From an uncultured virus (IMG/VR IMGVR_UViG_3300042308_001786) (lineage: Duplodnaviria; Heunggongvirae; Uroviricota; Caudoviricetes): a stretch of 20,000 bases of DNA. Positions within the stretch are counted from its first letter, which is position 1; each line of letters opens with the position of its first letter. The notes below the pieces were generated by a model that did no database searches, had not been told where the DNA came from, and was given only the letters and a program-made list of their open reading frames with translations. Positions 15,248-20,000 of the stretch are shown one piece after another. The position numbers and the translations under genes are program-made. The stretch lies in IMG/VR virus record IMGVR_UViG_3300042308_001786; one strand, written 5' to 3'.

Positions 15248-15470
15248 CTTTCAGCAAGTCTGCAAATTCTTCTGCTTGTGCATTGAAGGCGTCAACAATG
15301 AGAGAGCGCGAATAACCACAGCCCATTAAATAACAGGCAAAGTCCTCGACAACTTCGTATATGGTTGCCTTGTAGCTCACCACTTCAATGTCAAAACTTG
15401 GGTCGCCATAGCGATTAGTTATTGAATGCTTCCATGAATGTTTCCATGGAGAAAGAGAAGAATCGTTCAT
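15219..15470 (-). CDS. Hypothetical protein (83 aa)
   Basis: In operon, overlapping its neighbours. Confidence 0.6.
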   Translation of the reverse strand: MNDSSLSPWKHSWKHSITNRYGDPSFDIEVVSYKATIYEVVEDFACYLMGCGYSRSLIVDAFNAQAEEFADLLKDVDKQTDAD

Positions 15471-15607
15471 GGTAGAACTAAGCTTGCAAGGAACAAAATG
15501 AGCAAGGCCAGAGCTGTAGAAGCAAAAGCAACTAGCAGGAACAAGCCAAGAGGATCGTCAGCTAAAGAGGCTGGAAGGAATGCAATTAATAGGGGCATTG
15601 TCTTCAT
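15467..15607 (-). CDS. Small hydrophobic membrane protein (46 aa)
   Basis: Not in the ORF track. MKTMPLLIAFLPASLADDPLGLFLLVAFASTALALLILFLASLVLP; ATGA coupling to the next gene. Confidence 0.5.
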   Translation of the reverse strand: MKTMPLLIAFLPASLADDPLGLFLLVAFASTALALLILFLASLVLP

Positions 15608-15621
15608 CAAGGCAAATGGTT

Positions 15622-15671
15622 CCAGCAAAGGCCCGCGCAAAGCGGGCCGCTGCTAGATCTATGGCTTTTTT
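15622..15671 (-). promoter_or_regulatory. Candidate -1 programmed frameshift signal (A_AAA_AAG, 8-nt spacer, stem-loop)
   Basis: Minus strand GCA AAA AAG CCA TAG; hairpin CTAGCAGCGGCCCGC-TTTGC-GCGGGCCTTTGCTGG (15656-15622). Confidence 0.55.
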
Positions 15672-16621
15672 GCAACGAAAGCTTTCATTGCTTCAACCAT
15701 TGTTTCCGTTGTATCGCAGGCGCGAACAAGATCAATTTCCTTAGTCATCTCTGTTTTAGTAATAACCATTTGCTCTTCCTTTGCCCAGACAGTCATCATG
15801 GCTGCTGCCACATTGCCAAACTGCTGCCATGTTTTCACTTCAGTGGCGCGAGACAGGCCGATAGCTTCCAGCGCAGCCTTACCAAGAGCCATGCTGTTCT
15901 TCTCATCGGCATAACCAAATGGATTGGCTTTGCAAATGGTGGTCAGGGCAGTTTTGGCATCAAATGCTTCATCACTGGTCCCTGTCGCAGCGGTGGGAGC
16001 ATTCCCTCCTTCTCCAGCAGGCTCAGAAGGAGCTTTAGCTCCCGTTGGCGCCTTGCTTGCCCGCGTAGTTTGCTTCGGAGCTTCCTGTTGGAGCGGGAGT
16101 TTGGGCGTTCCTTTTTCATCTTCTTTAGGGATGTCTTCACCTGCATAGAGACGCAGGCCAAGACCAGTGAAAGTGGCAATAGCCTTTACAGCAGCACGCT
16201 GGCAGTTGTCAGAGATGGCACGACCATCAAGCTCCTTAATGGAATTATGCTTCCTGTCCATGATCGGGAAGATCAAGGCAACAGTACGGCGGCAGCCATC
16301 AGTGAGGTAGGGGCGGAGATAGTAAGCGCCTGGTGTGCCAAACACCACTTCCCCAACGGTCTTCTCTTCAAAGGCTACAAAATACGTAGGGAAATGCTCC
16401 TTCAAATAGCGATAGGCAAAGGGCCAGGACAGATAAGACAAGCCCTTGTAGTCCTTCTCGATGTGAGGCCCGATGTCAGGCGTATCGTAAGCAGCCTTGA
16501 AGGCTTCAGCGCTGATCTCCAGAGGAGAGAAGATGCCGTTGTAACGGTCCATTGCGGCTTGTTTGGCAGGGTCCATGGAAGAAAAATCAGACGGGGAATA
16601 GAGCATAAAAGAATGGTTCAC
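15659..16621 (-). CDS. Sak3-like / DUF1071 single-strand annealing protein (Rad52-like) with C-terminal extension
   Basis: IEKDYKGLSYLSWPFAY, FPIMDRKHNSI, ISDNCQRAAVKAIA..GLGLRLYAGEDIP; then a Pro/Ala linker and a helical domain. Confidence 0.85.
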   Translation of the reverse strand: MNHSFMLYSPSDFSSMDPAKQAAMDRYNGIFSPLEISAEAFKAAYDTPDIGPHIEKDYKGLSYLSWPFAYRYLKEHFPTYFVAFEEKTVGEVVFGTPGAYYLRPYLTDGCRRTVALIFPIMDRKHNSIKELDGRAISDNCQRAAVKAIATFTGLGLRLYAGEDIPKEDEKGTPKLPLQQEAPKQTTRASKAPTGAKAPSEPAGEGGNAPTAATGTSDEAFDAKTALTTICKANPFGYADEKNSMALGKAALEAIGLSRATEVKTWQQFGNVAAAMMTVWAKEEQMVITKTEMTKEIDLVRACDTTETMVEAMKAFVAKKP

Positions 16622-16881
16622 TGTTTCGACTGCGGCATGCTCATGTATTCGCCATACATAATGACGAAATGCGTTGTCATTTCAGAGCCTTCGTTCTTGG
16701 TGATGATGCTCTTACCAGGAAGAGGCCAATCTGCAACTGCACGAATGTCAGTGGGAAGCTCATAGTATTTAGGATCGAAGCCTTCATCAATGGCTCCTTG
16801 TTCCCATAGAAGCCTCACTTCCTGATCACCATGGTCAAGAAGAAATTCTTCGCAAGCAAGTTTAAGCTGGGAAACTTTCAT
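16618..16881 (-). CDS. Hypothetical protein (MKVSQL...GDQEV type)
   Basis: ATG 16881; overlaps the start of the Sak3 gene. Confidence 0.65.
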   Translation of the reverse strand: MKVSQLKLACEEFLLDHGDQEVRLLWEQGAIDEGFDPKYYELPTDIRAVADWPLPGKSIITKNEGSEMTTHFVIMYGEYMSMPQSKQ

Positions 16882-16883
16882 GA

Positions 16884-17129
16884 TCAATTGTTCTCGTAAA
16901 AGAGAACGGCATAAGCAGATTCTTTTTCGTCTAGTTCTTGCTCTTCAATTGGCGTGCCGGGCAGGCCAGCATGTGGGCTGTTCATGATGCGCAAACCAAT
17001 GATTTTGTACAAACTTGCAATGCCGTCGATTTCACCGGCATCGTAAGTGCCTAGCGCTCCAATTTCAATATCACCATATTTAGTGATTGTTTTTTCAAGC
17101 TGCCTCATTAAGTCAGAAAGCTTCATCAT
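16884..17129 (-). CDS. Hypothetical protein (MKLSDL...GDIEI type)
   Basis: ATG 17129 or 17126; N-terminus similar to the adjacent gene. Confidence 0.65.
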   Translation of the reverse strand: MMKLSDLMRQLEKTITKYGDIEIGALGTYDAGEIDGIASLYKIIGLRIMNSPHAGLPGTPIEEQELDEKESAYAVLFYENN

Positions 17130-17355
17130 GTTCTGGAAAGTCAATGGGAGATGTGGAATAGTCTTCGATGAGATCGAAGGCGCCGTTTGCCAAGGTGGCG
17201 CTACCTTCCCAAATAGGCGTAGAACGAACGAGGCGTTCTAGGGTTTCGCTGAGGCTCAATCGAGCCTCGTGGGCGATGTTGCCGAGATGGGCGTAGGCAG
17301 TGTCAGTCAAGCTGAAATGCCTGCCCTTCTTCAGTTCTTTGTTGCTATTTGTCAT
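17113..17355 (-). CDS. Ribbon-helix-helix DNA-binding protein
   Basis: KKGRHFSLTDTAYAHLGNIAHEARLSLSETLERLVR fits the beta-strand plus two helices RHH/CopG pattern; near the start of the leftward operon. Confidence 0.7.
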   Translation of the reverse strand: MTNSNKELKKGRHFSLTDTAYAHLGNIAHEARLSLSETLERLVRSTPIWEGSATLANGAFDLIEDYSTSPIDFPEHDEAF

Positions 17356-17419
17356 AAAACAGAGGGCCAAGCAAGTAGCCAATTGAAAAGCCGATAAGGG
17401 CGGCCAGCCAGGGTTCCAT
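17345..17419 (-). CDS. Possible 24-aa single-TM peptide
   Basis: MEPWLAALIGFSIGYLLGPLFYDK; overlaps the RHH start. Confidence 0.35.
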   Translation of the reverse strand: MEPWLAALIGFSIGYLLGPLFYDK

Positions 17420-17587
17420 GGACGAGAGGCATCGGAAACATGGCCAGACTAGCCATAGTTTTTAGCCCTGCCAACCACGTTGAGCATTGCTGTTGCTTAT
17501 GCTTCTGCTCGTCTCGCATGGTTTTAGCTTATAAGTCTGTTGCTTCTTGATTTCCTTGCTACAACGGGGGCATTCCCACTCCTTTCC

Positions 17588-20000
17588 ATGGCATTCTCCA
17601 TCCTGGACCACATTGAGAAGCTTGAGACAAGCGATCATCCAGGGAAATACATCTGTCCAGCATGCGGAGGCAATGACCTCTCCATCAACACTAACAATGG
17701 TGCCTACAACTGTTTCAATGATGATTCAGCAAAGCACCGCGCCGAAATTCGTAACATCCTTGCTCCGCTTGATCGTTGGGAGCGCCCTCTTCGTGAACCA
17801 CAGTCTTACACTTTCCCCTACAAAAATAGGCAAGGCGAAACTACTATTAACGTGCATCGTGATGATGCAAGTGGCAAGAAAACAATTAAACAAAGCTACC
17901 CTTCAGTGCCGCAGGGCACGCATCAACGTAAAGCATACATTGATGAAATAAGAAGCACCATTCTTCCTTATCGCTTTGATGAGGCTCTTACTGCTTCACA
18001 GGTGACTGGACTTCCCATCTTCATTGTTGAAGGGGAACTCACATGTGACAGGCTATGGGAGATCGGGATTCCCTCGGTCACTTTCCTTGGTGGCAGCGGT
18101 CAGTATCGGGCCAACGGCGACTACTCCCTATTGTTTCGCGGCAAGAAGATTGTTCTATGCCCTGATCGTGATGAGCCTGGCATTGCTCTCATGCGAGAAG
18201 TGGCTTCAGATAATCCTGGGGCGCAATGGCTTTATGCCGATCCTGGCAATTTTGAATGGGACAGCCTTCCGCAAAATGGAGGCTACGACTTAGCTGACTG
18301 GCTTGATGATGGCGCAGACCAAGAACTCATCCTTTCCTCCATTGTTTCAAAGGATCGCCATGAAGGCAAAGATGGGCTTCCTTCCTATGAGGAAATCATT
18401 GGCACCTTTGAGCGCATGGTCGGGCTATTTGACAATGATGCTCGCGTGGCGTTTGAAGCTTCTAAATGGCTAGAAGCTCATGGCGTGAAGATGGCGCAAG
18501 CAAATATTGACAAGATGATTGACGAGGCGCGTTCTCGCTTGTTTGGCAAGGAGGAAATAGAAACTATTGACGTGCTGCAATTAATTGATGATGATTCCGT
18601 TCGTGAATGGCTGATTGCTGGCATTGTTCCGCTTGGTAGCGTCACTCTCCTTGCTGCGCAGGGCGGCACTGGTAAAGCTCAGAGCCTGGACAGCAAGATT
18701 CTCACCCCCGATGGCTGGACAACCATGGGAGAGCTTCACGTGGGCAGTAAGGTCATTGCAATGGATGGAACGGTGGCGAAGGTCACGGGAGTCTTTCCAC
18801 AGGGCGTCAAGCCTCTTTATCGGGTCACTATGAGCGATGGCAGTTCTACCATTTGCTGCGACGAGCATCTGTGGCTCACAAAAACCGAGAACGAGCGCAA
18901 TCTTAAACGCTCATGGAATATCAGGTCTCTTTCGGAAATTCGCTCTTCAATTCGTCGCGGTAATTCCGATAAGCGGAATCACTCAATTCCCATGGTTGGT
19001 CCTGTTCAATTTGAGAAAAAGGATCTTCCCATTCACCCCTATTTACTTGGCGTGATTCTTGGTGACGGAAATATTTCCAGCAATTCTTGCTCTGTAACTC
19101 TTTCGGATGATGAAATTGTTTATCGCATTCAAAAACTGCTTCCTCGTTATCACGATTTGAAGGTTCAAGAGAAAGCGAAAAAATGCACTACTTATGCGAT
19201 TCGCCAAAACTGCTCGACTACTATCTCGCCTGGTATTCGCGATATGTTGCGCGAAATGGGTTTGTGGGGCAAGCGCTCTTGGGAAAAGCACGTTCCACAA
19301 GAGTATCTTTTTTCCTCCGTTCAAGATCGCATGGACCTGTTACATGGCTTGATGGATACTGATGGAACCACAGGCGGCAGCCATACAACATTCGATTCTG
19401 CATCTAAAGACTTGGCGGAAGCTGTTCAATTCTTGGTTCTTTCCATTGGCGGCAAGGCAAGGCTCACTCAACGCCGCACTTTCTTCACTTATCTAGGACA
19501 GAAGAAACAAGGACGGATTAGTTATCGTGTTTTCATCTCAATGCCTTCTGGTTTTAAAAGCTTTAGTATTTCAGCCAAGGCAAGCAAGGAAACGCCGCGC
19601 ACCAAGTATTTACCCTCTCGCTTAATTGAATCAGTTGAATACATCGGAGATGGAGAAGCACAGTGCATCATGATTGACCATCCTTCGCATGCTTATGTAA
19701 CTGACGATTTTATTGTTACGCACAACACCAGCCTGGTCTACAACTGGGCTCTTGGCGTGGCCACTGGCTCTTCATGGTCTGGGCGGCGTTGCTTGCCTGG
19801 CAAATGCCTGCTCATCTCTGCTGACGAACCATTGTCAGACACCAAAGAAAAGCTTTCCATCATCGGCTATCAAGAAGCCAACATTCAGCCTGGCATGATT
19901 TCTTTCTGGGAAACCTGGCGCTTTGCTCACATGCAACAACTAGAACGCTTCATTAAAAAGCATCGCCCAGTGTTTGTCGTGATTGATTCGCTCACTGCAT
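17588..20000 (+). CDS. DNA primase-helicase (Zn-binding + TOPRIM + RecA-like/AAA_25 helicase), intein-containing, 3' truncated
   Basis: Absent from the ORF track because no stop lies in the window. Manual translation: MAFSILDH...ICPACGG...YNCF; IFIVEGE; LCPDRDEPG; EWLIAGIVP; Walker A AAQGGTGK|T; Walker B FVVIDSL. Confidence 0.9.
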   Translation, partial: MAFSILDHIEKLETSDHPGKYICPACGGNDLSINTNNGAYNCFNDDSAKHRAEIRNILAPLDRWERPLREPQSYTFPYKNRQGETTINVHRDDASGKKTIKQSYPSVPQGTHQRKAYIDEIRSTILPYRFDEALTASQVTGLPIFIVEGELTCDRLWEIGIPSVTFLGGSGQYRANGDYSLLFRGKKIVLCPDRDEPGIALMREVASDNPGAQWLYADPGNFEWDSLPQNGGYDLADWLDDGADQELILSSIVSKDRHEGKDGLPSYEEIIGTFERMVGLFDNDARVAFEASKWLEAHGVKMAQANIDKMIDEARSRLFGKEEIETIDVLQLIDDDSVREWLIAGIVPLGSVTLLAAQGGTGKAQSLDSKILTPDGWTTMGELHVGSKVIAMDGTVAKVTGVFPQGVKPLYRVTMSDGSSTICCDEHLWLTKTENERNLKRSWNIRSLSEIRSSIRRGNSDKRNHSIPMVGPVQFEKKDLPIHPYLLGVILGDGNISSNSCSVTLSDDEIVYRIQKLLPRYHDLKVQEKAKKCTTYAIRQNCSTTISPGIRDMLREMGLWGKRSWEKHVPQEYLFSSVQDRMDLLHGLMDTDGTTGGSHTTFDSASKDLAEAVQFLVLSIGGKARLTQRRTFFTYLGQKKQGRISYRVFISMPSGFKSFSISAKASKETPRTKYLPSRLIESVEYIGDGEAQCIMIDHPSHAYVTDDFIVTHNTSLVYNWALGVATGSSWSGRRCLPGKCLLISADEPLSDTKEKLSIIGYQEANIQPGMISFWETWRFAHMQQLERFIKKHRPVFVVIDSLTA
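18677..19726 (+). mobile_element. Class 3 intein (350 aa) with LAGLIDADG homing endonuclease
   Basis: Begins AQSLDSKILTPDGW directly after GK; block B CCDEHLW; LLGVILGDG and LLHGLMDTDG; block F EAQCIMID; ends IVTHN followed by Thr+1. Confidence 0.92.

Noticed and set aside
15770..16765. 331-aa + strand ORF
   Set aside because: Antisense shadow of the Sak3 gene with no recognisable motifs.
17547..19898. Several short ORFs listed in the track (17547-17951, 18024-18293, 18581-18868, 19043-19324 and others)
   Set aside because: All overlap the continuous primase-helicase-intein frame starting at 17588, which the track missed because it has no stop in the window.

Overview
This window is a segment of a tailed dsDNA phage genome, most likely a cyanophage. 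That host call is inferred from cyanophage-type small proteins, a cyanobacterial-type ThyX variant and an NblA-like ORF. Layout: (i) + strand tail genes at 1-6199, including a 1120-aa modular tail fibre; (ii) a - strand lysis module (GH73 glucosaminidase/YkuD-like endolysin and two small membrane proteins) interleaved with three + strand HNH genes; (iii) a long - strand nucleotide-metabolism and recombination operon (DUF3310, thyX, PD-(D/E)XK nuclease, dcd, SSB-like protein, NDT-HNH fusion, exonuclease, Sak3/DUF1071 annealase, RHH regulator); (iv) a divergent primase-helicase, truncated by the window, with a 350-aa class 3 LAGLIDADG intein in Walker A. Main observations: an exactly 1000-bp cassette encoding a nucleoside-deoxyribosyltransferase-like/HNH fusion, bounded by a 32-bp duplication of the exonuclease 3' end with only synonymous differences; a candidate -1 frameshift (A_AAA_AAG plus stem-loop) at the end of the Sak3 gene; a shared structured leader before both NUMOD4-HNH genes; and DNA-conserved linkers between variable tail-fibre modules. 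All family calls come from motif recognition by eye, with no database searches.
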